Source of the DNA: an uncultured Thermoplasmatales archaeon
GTDB lineage: Archaea > Thermoplasmatota > SW-10-69-26
DNA length: 30,560 bases
Assembly (NCBI GenBank): GCA_964492585.1
Contig: CAZBKU010000002.1
Span: forward strand, 1 to 30,560
Direction: 5' to 3'
A program made the position numbers and the translations under genes. A model generated the notes under the pieces. That model worked only from the letters and a program-made list of their open reading frames with translations. It made no database searches and was not told where the DNA came from. This document shows positions 1 through 7,817 of this stretch, piece by piece; the first letter of the stretch is position 1, and each line of letters opens with the position of its first letter.

Positions 1-161
1 TCCGAGTCGGGTTTGAGGATCGGTTCGTCCTGGCTCAGCACGGGCCCCAGGTCGGGGCCACCATCACCGCCGCCGACCACCGCTTGGGTCAGCGGGACGA
101 TCGCGAGCAGGATGCTCATGAGGACGAGGCCTAGGGTTGGGATGTTTCCTTGGTCTGGCAT
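1..161 (-). CDS. N-terminal fragment of a putative secreted/membrane protein, truncated by the window edge
   Basis: Hand translation from ATG 161: MPDQGNIPTLGLVLMSILLAIVPLTQAVVGGGDGGPDLGPVLSQDEPILKPDS..., open to base 1, with a signal-peptide-like hydrophobic stretch. Confidence 0.5.
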   Translation of the reverse strand, partial: MPDQGNIPTLGLVLMSILLAIVPLTQAVVGGGDGGPDLGPVLSQDEPILKPDS

Positions 162-338
162 GTGACAGCCTCCAAGCCACCAGGCCAGTAGCGTTCCACG
201 TCATAAAATCCCATGCTATGCAACCACGTGGTTGCCTCCTGATCGGGGTCCGGGACGGGCCGGTCCCTGCGACGGGCTCTGTGGCGTCCACCCCCTTGAA
301 ATAGCAGCACCCTATCCTTGAGCTGAGAGGTAACTGAC

Positions 339-1514
339 ATGGTGGTCTCCTTCCAGCCGACCGAAGAGCAGGAGATGATCCGCAAGACGGCCCGCGAGTT
401 CGTGGCCAAGCACGTCGACCCCCACGTCGACCAGTGGGAGGAGGAGGGCGATATCCCCGACGACGTCGTCCTGGAGGCCGGCAAGGTCGGCCTCCTGGGC
501 GCGCCGATCCCGACCGCGTACGGTGGCTCGGGCCTGGACGATCTGACCTACGCCATGGTGACCGAGGAGATCGGCAAGGGCTGCTCGTCCCTGCGGACGA
601 CGTTCAGCGTGAACACCTCCCTGTTCGGCAACAACATCGCCTTGTTCGGCAGCCAGGAGCAGAAAGAGCGCTACCTGCCCCAGATCTGCACCGGCGAGAA
701 GCGCGGGGCCTGGGCCCTGACCGAGCACCACTCGGGCTCGGATGCCAAGGCCATGCGCACCACGGCCACCCCGGACGAGGACGGCTACCGGCTCAACGGC
801 AAGAAGATGTGGATCAGCGACGGCGACCGCGCCGACCACATCGTCGTCTTCGCACGGGTCGGCCCTCCCGGCGAGTTCGACCCCAAGAAGAAGGAGGAGA
901 ACCTGGCCTGCTTCGTGGTCCACAAGGGGGACGACGGCTTCTCCACCGGGACCGTGATGGGCAAGGGCAAGCTGGGCTTGCGCGCCAGCCACACCGCCGA
1001 GCTCATCTTCGATGACTGCTGGATCCCCGAGGACCGCCTGGTCGGCGAGGTCGGCCAGGGCTGGGAGATCGCCGAGGCCATCCTCCAGAAGGGGCGCCTG
1101 TCGGTGGCCGCCGGGGCCGTGGGCATCGCCCAGGCCGCCTACGAGGCCGCCGTCGACTACGCCGGCGGGCGCGAGGCCTTCGGCCGACCGATCGGCGACT
1201 TCCAGTTGGTCCGCGAGCACCTGGCCTACATGCACAAGCAGATCCAGGCCAGCCGCCTGCACGTCTGGAAGGCCGCCTGGATGTCCGACCAGGGCTTGGA
1301 CAACAGCCTGGAGGTCTCCACGGCCAAGCTGGATGCCGCCGAGATGGTCATGGACGTCACCGAGCGCGCCGTCCAGATCCACGGTGGTAACGGGTACAGC
1401 GACGAGTACCCGGTCGAGCGCTACTTCCGCGACGCCAAGATCTGCGGCATCTACGAGGGGACCAACGAGGTGCACAAGGTGATCATCGGTGGGAAGGTGC
1501 TGGACCGGCGCTGA
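339..1514 (+). CDS. Acyl-CoA dehydrogenase
   Basis: Family motifs ALTEHHSGSD, LNGKKMWIS, KLGLRASHT, QIHGGNGY and IYEGTNE (catalytic Glu position). Confidence 0.95.
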   Translation: MVVSFQPTEEQEMIRKTAREFVAKHVDPHVDQWEEEGDIPDDVVLEAGKVGLLGAPIPTAYGGSGLDDLTYAMVTEEIGKGCSSLRTTFSVNTSLFGNNIALFGSQEQKERYLPQICTGEKRGAWALTEHHSGSDAKAMRTTATPDEDGYRLNGKKMWISDGDRADHIVVFARVGPPGEFDPKKKEENLACFVVHKGDDGFSTGTVMGKGKLGLRASHTAELIFDDCWIPEDRLVGEVGQGWEIAEAILQKGRLSVAAGAVGIAQAAYEAAVDYAGGREAFGRPIGDFQLVREHLAYMHKQIQASRLHVWKAAWMSDQGLDNSLEVSTAKLDAAEMVMDVTERAVQIHGGNGYSDEYPVERYFRDAKICGIYEGTNEVHKVIIGGKVLDRR

Positions 1515-1552
1515 ACCGCCCGATGCTTTAGGGTCCAGGGGCATGCACCCCC

Positions 1553-1999
1553 ATGCCCCGGGTCGTCGAGCGCGCCCACATCGCCGCCTCGCCAGAGGAG
1601 GTCCACGCGTTCATCCAGGACCTCGACCGTTACCCTGAGTGGATCCCTTTCGCCGACGAGGTCACCCGCGTCGAGCACCCCGAGGACGGTGGGGTCGTCG
1701 GCACGCGCTACTGGGAGCAGGGCACCGGGGGCGAGAGCTCCTGGGAGATCATCGCTTACGACGAGGGGGAACGCGAGGTCCACGAGGGCGACATCGGCAT
1801 CGCCACCGTGCGGATCGAGATGGAGATGGCGCCCGACGGGGACGGCGGCACCGACTACACCCACCGCATCGCGTACGATCCCAAGCTTGGCCCGGTGGGC
1901 TGGCTCGTCGACAAGCTGGTGCTCGGGCGCAAGATGCGTACAGGGACCCACGAGCTGGTCGCCAACCTGGAACGGATCATCGAACAGGAGTCGTCCTGA
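1553..1999 (+). CDS. SRPBCC (polyketide cyclase/START-like) family protein
   Basis: N-terminal HIAASPEEVHAFIQDLDRYPEWIP and C-terminal helix LVANLERIIE typical of the fold; TATA-like CTTTAG about 22 nt upstream. Confidence 0.8.
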   Translation: MPRVVERAHIAASPEEVHAFIQDLDRYPEWIPFADEVTRVEHPEDGGVVGTRYWEQGTGGESSWEIIAYDEGEREVHEGDIGIATVRIEMEMAPDGDGGTDYTHRIAYDPKLGPVGWLVDKLVLGRKMRTGTHELVANLERIIEQESS

Positions 2000-2114
2000 G
2001 GGGTTTCCCCGACGGGTCCGACCCCGTGGTCCGTCTGCAGCATCGGTCCCTCGACGATCCCTCCCGGCCCACCCTTTTAACCCGCGACCCGTTTGCCTGT
2101 CCTGGGTGAACCTG

Positions 2115-2549
2115 ATGCCGACAAAGAAACGAACGGCCAACGCGATCTGGAACGGTGACCTGAAGAACGGGAAGGGCACGCTCTCCACCGAGAGCGGCGC
2201 CCTCGACGAGGTCCCCTACAACTTCACAAGCCGCTTCGAGGAGGGCCCCAACACGAACCCCGAGGAGCTCATCGCCTCGGCCCACGCCGGGTGCTTCTCC
2301 ATGGCGCTTGCCAACCTCTTGGCCGAGAACGGTCACACGCCCGAGACCATCGAGACCGAGGCCACCTTCCACCTGAACCTGGACGATGGACCCAAGCCGA
2401 CCAAGGTGGCCCTGGTGACCCGCGGCAGGGTGCCCGGTATCGACCAGAGCACCTTCGAGAAGTTCGCCACGGACGCCAAGGAGAACTGCCCGGTCTCCCA
2501 GTCCCTGGCGGCCCTGGACATCACCGTCCAGGCCACCCTCGAAGGCTGA
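2115..2549 (+). CDS. osmC: OsmC family peroxiredoxin
   Basis: NPEELIASAHAGCFSMAL and NCPVS two-Cys motifs. True start is ATG 2115 after a GGTGA site, inside ORF 1689..2549. Confidence 0.93.
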   Translation: MPTKKRTANAIWNGDLKNGKGTLSTESGALDEVPYNFTSRFEEGPNTNPEELIASAHAGCFSMALANLLAENGHTPETIETEATFHLNLDDGPKPTKVALVTRGRVPGIDQSTFEKFATDAKENCPVSQSLAALDITVQATLEG

Positions 2550-2588
2550 AGCCGGAGGGTCCAAGAGAGGCCGGTGGTTTGACCGGCC

Positions 2589-3665
2589 GTGGCCCTTGGC
2601 CTCCGCCTGCGCCGGATCGCCCCCTTCATGGCCTTGGGCCTCGTGGTCCCGGTCCTGTGGTCCCTTGTCGTCGTCGGTCTGCACGACGATCGCCTGGCCA
2701 CCGTAGAGGACCGGCTCGTGGTGGAGGGCCTACCGGGCCCCGAGGTCCGCCGGTTCTCCGACGACGAGCCGGTGCTCAACGTCACGGTCCGGGCCATCGA
2801 GCAGGCCCCCGAGGGATCCAACGTCTCCACAGGGGACACCCTCCAGGTGGTCCTCCCGTCCGAGGCCACCGGCCGGCACGACGTGTCCACGAGCGATGAG
2901 CCTCTGTGGCTCGCTTTGGTCCCCGCCGAACGCTTGGGTGGACCCAACGGCTCGGCGACCTGGGAAGGCTACCGACTGACCGACGCGAAGGCCGGCTGGA
3001 CCTGGGCCTTGCAGGACCAGGCACTTGTCGGCGCCCTCATCCTGGCCCTCCCCAGTGTAGGTGGGGCCCTGCTGGTGGGGTACGCCCTGGGCCTTCCCCG
3101 AGGGATCCGAGCCCTGATCCCCGACATCGATGCCCCGCCAGCGGTAGCCGGTGTGCTCTTGGGTGTCTTCCTGGGTGGGGTGATGGCCACCGGTGGCACC
3201 GGCACGAACGCCATCCTGCCGCGGGCCTCGGCCGGGGTCCCGCTTCCGGGAGCCCTCGGGTTCGCGCTCCTGGCCATGGCAGCCGTGGGCGCGCTCTGGA
3301 AGCGGCCCCGGGTCTTACCCAACGGTGGCCGGACCGCGACCGTGGGTGGGCTGGCCCTCCTGGTCTCGATCCCCGTGGCCCTGCTCCTCCTTTGGGAGGG
3401 GCGCCTGGCCCCGGAACGCTTGCTGCTCGATGAGATCCAGCTCACCGCCGCCGTCGGTGCCATCTCCGTGCTCACCGTGGCCGGGACCCGGTGGCTGAAG
3501 CTTCGGTGGGCCCGGCTGGCCGCCGGTCTGCTCCTCCTGGTCCCGTCGGGCTTCCTGCTGGTGACCAGCCCGATCTTCCTGGCGGTGTCCCTCCCGGTAG
3601 CGATCGTGGGCCTGGCTGGGGCCCGCGACCTGTTCGGACCGGCCTTGGTAGCCTCAGAGGGCTGA
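2589..3665 (+). CDS. Hypothetical polytopic membrane protein
   Basis: One N-terminal hydrophobic helix, a ~120 aa soluble segment, then several hydrophobic helices; fills the gap between neighbours; no family recognised. Confidence 0.6.
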   Translation: MALGLRLRRIAPFMALGLVVPVLWSLVVVGLHDDRLATVEDRLVVEGLPGPEVRRFSDDEPVLNVTVRAIEQAPEGSNVSTGDTLQVVLPSEATGRHDVSTSDEPLWLALVPAERLGGPNGSATWEGYRLTDAKAGWTWALQDQALVGALILALPSVGGALLVGYALGLPRGIRALIPDIDAPPAVAGVLLGVFLGGVMATGGTGTNAILPRASAGVPLPGALGFALLAMAAVGALWKRPRVLPNGGRTATVGGLALLVSIPVALLLLWEGRLAPERLLLDEIQLTAAVGAISVLTVAGTRWLKLRWARLAAGLLLLVPSGFLLVTSPIFLAVSLPVAIVGLAGARDLFGPALVASEG

Positions 3666-3716
3666 TCTGGGCGTTCCGAAAACCACGAACCCCACCGGAC
3701 CCCTTACCCGGATGCG

Positions 3717-4118
3717 ATGAGCCGCTACACCCCCACCCACAGCATCGTGGCCCGCAGCGTCGGCCTCCTGCTGCTCTTCTTCGCTGCCCTCGGCGCTTGG
3801 GGGTCCAGCCTGGTCGGTCCCCCTGGGCTCGATCCGATCTTCACGACCAGCGACTGGCTCAACCTGCTGACCGTCGTGGCGGGCCTGGGCTCCTTGGCCG
3901 TCGGGACCCTGGGGGACGACGAGCACGCCCGGGTCTACAATCTAGCCTTGGGCACCGCGCTGGTCGGGCTGTCGACCCTGGCCTTGGTCGCCGAGGATCT
4001 GACCATGGCGGCCCTGGCGTTCAACCGGGCCGACGCGTTGCTCGACGGGGCGATCGGGCTGGTCCTCCTGGCGGTGGGGGCCAGGGCCGATCCGATGGCC
4101 CCGTACCCGACGGCCTGA
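3717..4118 (+). CDS. DUF4383-like membrane protein (diverged paralog)
   Basis: Aligns by eye along its length with 4453..4818 (SIVARSVG/SLVAKTFG, RVYNLALG/KMYNVGFG, FNRAD/LNTAD). Confidence 0.65.
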   Translation: MSRYTPTHSIVARSVGLLLLFFAALGAWGSSLVGPPGLDPIFTTSDWLNLLTVVAGLGSLAVGTLGDDEHARVYNLALGTALVGLSTLALVAEDLTMAALAFNRADALLDGAIGLVLLAVGARADPMAPYPTA

Positions 4119-4133
4119 TCCACCAGGGACCAG

Positions 4134-4382
4134 CTAGGCCCCGACCGACGCCGGGCGGCGATAGCGCTGGATGAGGAACACGATCGCCCCGATGATCGGC
4201 AAGAGGAGGATCGCGGACAACCAGGCCACCTTCGACCGGGTGTCGAGGTCGCCGTCGAAGAGGAGCACCCCGGCCAGCGCGTCGAGGATGATCGCGACGT
4301 TGAGCCCCACGTTGGCGACCGCCCCGAGGACCCCGTGGTCGGGCAGCAGGCCGTGGAGCAGCCAGGGTTGCGGTTGCATCAT
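4134..4382 (-). CDS. Small membrane protein with PLDc N-terminal (PLD nuclease N-term) domain
   Basis: RSKVAWLSAILLLPIIGAIVFLI matches the K..W...I...P..G...Y/F pattern. ATG 4382 preferred over GTG 4403. Confidence 0.75.
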   Translation of the reverse strand: MMQPQPWLLHGLLPDHGVLGAVANVGLNVAIILDALAGVLLFDGDLDTRSKVAWLSAILLLPIIGAIVFLIQRYRRPASVGA

Positions 4383-4452
4383 CCCCCTATCGTTCGTGGT
4401 CACACAAATGATTTATGGTACATCCAACGATGGGGGAGATGGAGCGTGAACC

Positions 4453-4818
4453 ATGCTCAAGCAATCCCTGGTCGCCAAGACGTTCGGCTTCGTGTTCCTG
4501 GCTGTGGGCCTTCTCGGCTTCGTCAACGACCCGATCCTGGGTCTCTTCGAGGTTAACCCGCTGCACAACATCGTCCACCTGCTCTCCGGGCTCCTCGCTC
4601 TGGGGGCCGGGTACGGTAGCGAGGCGTACAGCAAGATGTACAACGTCGGCTTCGGTGCCGTCTACGCCTTGGTCACCCTGCTCGGGTTCATGGGGGTCGG
4701 GTTCGTCGTCGACCTGTTGGAGCTCAACACGGCCGACAACGTGCTCCACCTGCTGATCACCGTGGCCCTGTTGGGTGCTGGCTTGAGCCTACCGACCGAC
4801 GAGCCAGGGGCAGCCTAG
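4453..4818 (+). CDS. DUF4383 family membrane protein
   Basis: Signature NPLHNIVHL and NTADNVLHL motifs in a four-helix protein. Confidence 0.8.
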   Translation: MLKQSLVAKTFGFVFLAVGLLGFVNDPILGLFEVNPLHNIVHLLSGLLALGAGYGSEAYSKMYNVGFGAVYALVTLLGFMGVGFVVDLLELNTADNVLHLLITVALLGAGLSLPTDEPGAA

Positions 4819-4844
4819 GTCTGCCTTGCGCCGCGGGATGGGAC

Positions 4845-4875
4845 GACCGTTCAACGTCTCATCGAGACCGTTCAA
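4845..4875. repeat. Perfect 10-bp direct repeat GACCGTTCAA with 21-bp period
   Basis: Copies at 4845-4854 and 4866-4875 flank a GTCTC-ATC-GAGAC inverted repeat, 25 nt upstream of ATG 4900. Confidence 0.6.
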
Positions 4876-4899
4876 GTAGGAGCAGGGCAAGCGGGGGGT

Positions 4900-5109
4900 A
4901 TGCGCGACCCTCGGCGGACCCGGCTGCCCCTGGCAGCCCTGCTCTTGGCCCTCCTGGCCGTCGGCGGGACGCTTGTCGCTGCCGGCGGGATCACCCGGTT
5001 CCCGGTGGCCGCCCGAGGCCTGGGTGCCGTCCTGCTGGTCCTGGCTCTCGTCCTGGGGGCCCTGGTGGCCGGCGGGCCCTTGAGCGCGCCCAGGTCCGAG
5101 GGTGCCTAG
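4900..5109 (+). CDS. Small two-helix membrane protein
   Basis: 69 aa with two hydrophobic segments, converging on the rtcB stop. Confidence 0.55.
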   Translation: MRDPRRTRLPLAALLLALLAVGGTLVAAGGITRFPVAARGLGAVLLVLALVLGALVAGGPLSAPRSEGA

Positions 5110-5110
5110 G

Positions 5111-6568
5111 CTACCCCTTGATGACGCCCATGGGCGCCAGCTTGACGACCTTGTTGGAGATCCCGGCACCCTGGCAGACGTCGACGACGTTGCTGACGTC
5201 CTTGTAGGCCCCCGGGGCCTCCTCGGCGGCCACCCGGTTGCTGGCGGCCTTGACGATGATGTTCTTCTGGCTGCGCAGGTCGCGGACCAGATCCTCGCCT
5301 CGCCAGGTCTTCTTGGCCTGGGTCCGGCTCATCTGGCGCCCGGCACCATGGCAGGTCGAGCCGAAGGTCTGCTCCATGGCACCCTCGGTGCCCGAAAGCA
5401 GGTAGCTGCAGTTCCCCATATCGCCGGGGATGATGACCGGCTGACCCACGCTGCCGTAGTCGGCCGGGACATCTGGCTGGCCGGGGCCGTGGGCCCGGGT
5501 GGCGCCCTTGCGGTGGATCATCAGCTCGCGACGCTCGCCGTCGACCTCGTGGGTCTCCTTCTTGGCGATGTTGTGGGCCACGTCGTAGACGATCTCGATG
5601 CCCATGTCCTCGGCGTCGCGGCCGAAGACCTTCTCGAAGCTCTTGCGGACCTGGTGGGTGTGCACCTGCCGGTTGCAGAACGCGTAGTTGATGGCCGAGC
5701 ACATGGCCCCGTAGTAGTCCTGGGCCGGCTGGCTGTCGATGGGTGCGCAGGCCAACTGCTTGTCGACCAGCTGGTCGGTGAAACCCCGGTCGCTGCGCTC
5801 CATGGTCTTGAGGAAGTCGGTGCAGATCTGGTGCCCGTAGCCGCGCGACCCCGTGTGGATCATCACGCACACCTGGCCCTCCTCCTCGATGCCGTAGGCC
5901 TTGGCGGCTGGCTCGTCGATGATCGCCTCGACGCGTTGGACCTCCAGGAAGTGGTTGCCGCCACCCAGCGAACCGATCTGCTTCTTGCCGCGATCTTTGG
6001 ACTTCTGGCTGGCCTTGTCCGGGTCGGCCTCGGGGTGGACGCCACCGTGCTCGATGTGCTCGGCGTCGCGCTCCCAGCCGAAGCCGTGCTCGATGAGCCA
6101 GGGGACCCCGTGCTCGAGGACCTGGTCGAGCTGGCTGTGGGAGAACTTGACCCGGCTTGCGGTCCCGACGCCCGAAGGGCAGTTGTCGAAGAGGACGTCG
6201 GTGAGACGGTCGAGCTCCGGGGCGACCTCGTGGGCGGTCAGGTCCGTGCTGAGCAGCCGGACCCCGCAGTTGATATCGAAGCCGACGCCGCCGGGGCTGA
6301 TCACACCCTCCTCCATGTCGAAGGCAGCCACCCCGCCGATGGGGAAGCCGTAGCCCCAGTGGATGTCCGGCATGGCCATGCTGGCCTCCACGATGCCCGG
6401 CAGGGTGGCCACGTTAGCGACCTGCTCCATGGCGTTGTCCTCGAGGATCTGGTCGAGCATCGCGTCGTTGGCGTAGATCCGACCAGGGACGTTCATGCCC
6501 TGCTTGTAGCTGGTCGGGATCTCGTAGGTGAACTCCCCGGTCTTGTCCAGCGGGCCGTCCCAGGTCAT
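5111..6568 (-). CDS. rtcB: RNA-splicing/repair ligase RtcB
   Basis: Motifs MPDIHWGYGFPIGG, GFDINCG, LGGGNHFLE, HTGSRG, HNIAK, HRKGAT, STCHGAGR and EEAPGAYK are all present; no intein-sized insertion. Confidence 0.98.
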   Translation of the reverse strand: MTWDGPLDKTGEFTYEIPTSYKQGMNVPGRIYANDAMLDQILEDNAMEQVANVATLPGIVEASMAMPDIHWGYGFPIGGVAAFDMEEGVISPGGVGFDINCGVRLLSTDLTAHEVAPELDRLTDVLFDNCPSGVGTASRVKFSHSQLDQVLEHGVPWLIEHGFGWERDAEHIEHGGVHPEADPDKASQKSKDRGKKQIGSLGGGNHFLEVQRVEAIIDEPAAKAYGIEEEGQVCVMIHTGSRGYGHQICTDFLKTMERSDRGFTDQLVDKQLACAPIDSQPAQDYYGAMCSAINYAFCNRQVHTHQVRKSFEKVFGRDAEDMGIEIVYDVAHNIAKKETHEVDGERRELMIHRKGATRAHGPGQPDVPADYGSVGQPVIIPGDMGNCSYLLSGTEGAMEQTFGSTCHGAGRQMSRTQAKKTWRGEDLVRDLRSQKNIIVKAASNRVAAEEAPGAYKDVSNVVDVCQGAGISNKVVKLAPMGVIKG

Positions 6569-6596
6569 GGTATACGGGCTAGGCTAGACCCGGGCC

Positions 6597-6603
6597 CTTT
6601 ATG
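6597..6603 (-). promoter_or_regulatory. TATA-like element for rtcB
   Basis: CATAAAG on the minus strand about 29 nt upstream of ATG 6568, with no SD, as expected for a leaderless archaeal mRNA. Confidence 0.45.
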
Positions 6604-6607
6604 GGCC

Positions 6608-6898
6608 TTATCCCGACACCGGGGCCGACGGGTGGGCGGCGTGGTCACGCCGCAGCCGCTGGAGCAGAGGGCGAGCCGGGCGCTCGACCCGCTTGAGGCC
6701 CACCAGGCCGGTCGTCCAACGGATCCGGTTCTCGAGAGCTTGGATCCGGGCAGCATCCTCGGCTTCGACGGCCACGATCAGATCGAAGCTCCGGTCCTTG
6801 TCCCGCACGACGCTGAAGACGCCGGTGTGCTTGCCGACCGCTGTCTCGACCGACCGCTCGAACCCCGGGGCCGCGTTGATCCGGAAGACCGCTTTCAT
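6608..6898 (-). CDS. Stand-alone Lrp/AsnC ligand-binding (RAM) domain-like protein
   Basis: MKAVFRINAAPG...GVFSV...FDLIVAVEAED...IR...G follows the RAM beta-alpha-beta pattern; no HTH. ATG 6898 follows an SD-like GAGTGA. Confidence 0.6.
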   Translation of the reverse strand: MKAVFRINAAPGFERSVETAVGKHTGVFSVVRDKDRSFDLIVAVEAEDAARIQALENRIRWTTGLVGLKRVERPARPLLQRLRRDHAAHPSAPVSG

Positions 6899-6929
6899 GC
6901 GTACATCACTCGCCTGGTATCCCATCGGC

Positions 6930-7299
6930 GGTCAGCAAGCATGGTGTTTGGCTCTGCTAGTTACGTGCAGATCCGGGCCAACATCGCCCAACCGGACGGA
7001 GCGTGGAGCCGCGATCCCGGGAGGAGCCCTGGCGAACCACGAAGTGGGTGTAGGCGCAGCAGAGGTCTGTGCTGGCCGGCACCACGGTACGGCCAGCACC
7101 CGGGCCATGGGACGCTCCTGGCCGGCTTTCTTTCCGCAACAGCTTCCTTTGGCCGGGATGGGAGGCCGCAGGGAACGGCCTACGTCCGTGCTCGGCGCCA
7201 GCCGAGCATCCGAGGCATGGAGAGCTCGTCGGCCCGTTCTCTTTCGCAACCGTTTCTCTTGCGGGCCGACGAGGCAACGATGCCTCGACCAAGAGAAAG
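6930..7299. ncRNA. Candidate structured non-coding RNA, unassigned family
   Basis: Five consecutive hairpins: 7069-7078/7090-7099, 7116-7123/7151-7158, 7163-7168/7176-7181, 7189-7196/7201-7208, and 7211-7218/7280-7287 with inner 7225-7236/7262-7273. No credible ORF in a ~400 bp gap of an otherwise compact genome. Confidence 0.55.
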
Positions 7300-7301
7300 G
7301 G

Positions 7302-7706
7302 TTAGATGTCGAAGATGACCTCGACCAGGGCCGGGTCCTCCTCGATGGTCAGCGCGTGGTAGGTGGTGGCCTTGATCTCCATGAGGTAGCCGTGGCGATC
7401 CTCGTCCCACGTCTCGCCATGGAGCCTGGCGGTCAGGTGCCCGTCGCCGAGGTCGACCTCCGCGTCGACGGGGATGAAGCCCTCCATCTGGTGGAGGAAG
7501 TTGAGCTCGTCGAGCAGGTCGACCACCAGATCATCGACGGTGCCGGCCTTGATCTCGATGATCTCCAGGTCACGGGCCTCGACCTCGCCGTCGGGGCAGA
7601 CCAGGTGGCCGAACGCGGCCAGGAGCTCGGCCAACGCGTCCTCTAGATCATCGCCGGTGGCTCGCAGGCCGACATCAGCGGTGTGCTCGAGGACCTCCCA
7701 CGGCAT
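7302..7706 (-). CDS. Archease (RtcB activator)
   Basis: EHTADVG at the N-terminus, IKATTYH and terminal VIFDI. ATG 7706 preferred over GTG 7718. Confidence 0.95.
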   Translation of the reverse strand: MPWEVLEHTADVGLRATGDDLEDALAELLAAFGHLVCPDGEVEARDLEIIEIKAGTVDDLVVDLLDELNFLHQMEGFIPVDAEVDLGDGHLTARLHGETWDEDRHGYLMEIKATTYHALTIEEDPALVEVIFDI

Positions 7707-7817
7707 GGAGGCCGGCACCGGGGGCTTGCTTGAAGGCCTTTGCCCGCCGACGGCGCAGCCTCACCGCCGAGCCTAGAGAGCACTGGCCTCAAGTAGGCGG
7801 TCGCGTTGTCCCGTCCG

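Noticed and set aside
5111-6568. Intein or intron in rtcB
   Set aside because: 485 aa with continuous, normally spaced motifs.
7127-7260. CRISPR mini-array or H-DNA as the sole explanation of the repeats
   Set aside because: Only two short degenerate units and no cas genes. The 8-bp mirror arms are short for H-DNA and each sits exactly in a hairpin loop, which points to RNA.
6930-7292. Y RNA (YrlA-like)
   Set aside because: Minus-strand GGUCGAGG...UGACC resembles a Ro-binding stem, but there is no bulged C, no pairing T-arm around GGUUCG, and no Ro60 gene in the window. Kept only as an analogy.
6899-7301. RNase P RNA
   Set aside because: No GAGGAAAGUCC-like 5' P4 element paired with an ACAGAA..CGGCUUA-like 3' element on either strand; AAGGAAGCUG on the minus strand has no partner.
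6899-7301. SRP (7S) RNA
   Set aside because: The helix-8 signature CCAGG..GGAA..AGCA is absent; CCACGAAGTGG and GCAGCAG only loosely resemble it.
6932-7305. ORFs of 78-111 aa across the structured gap
   Set aside because: Pro/Arg/Ala/Gly-rich translations with no family motif or start signal; three overlapping frames are equally poor.
5102-7318. 738-aa plus-strand ORF
   Set aside because: Antisense shadow of rtcB; long shadow ORFs are expected at this GC content (likewise 312..1544, 23063..23923, 25784..26767 and 27494..29122).
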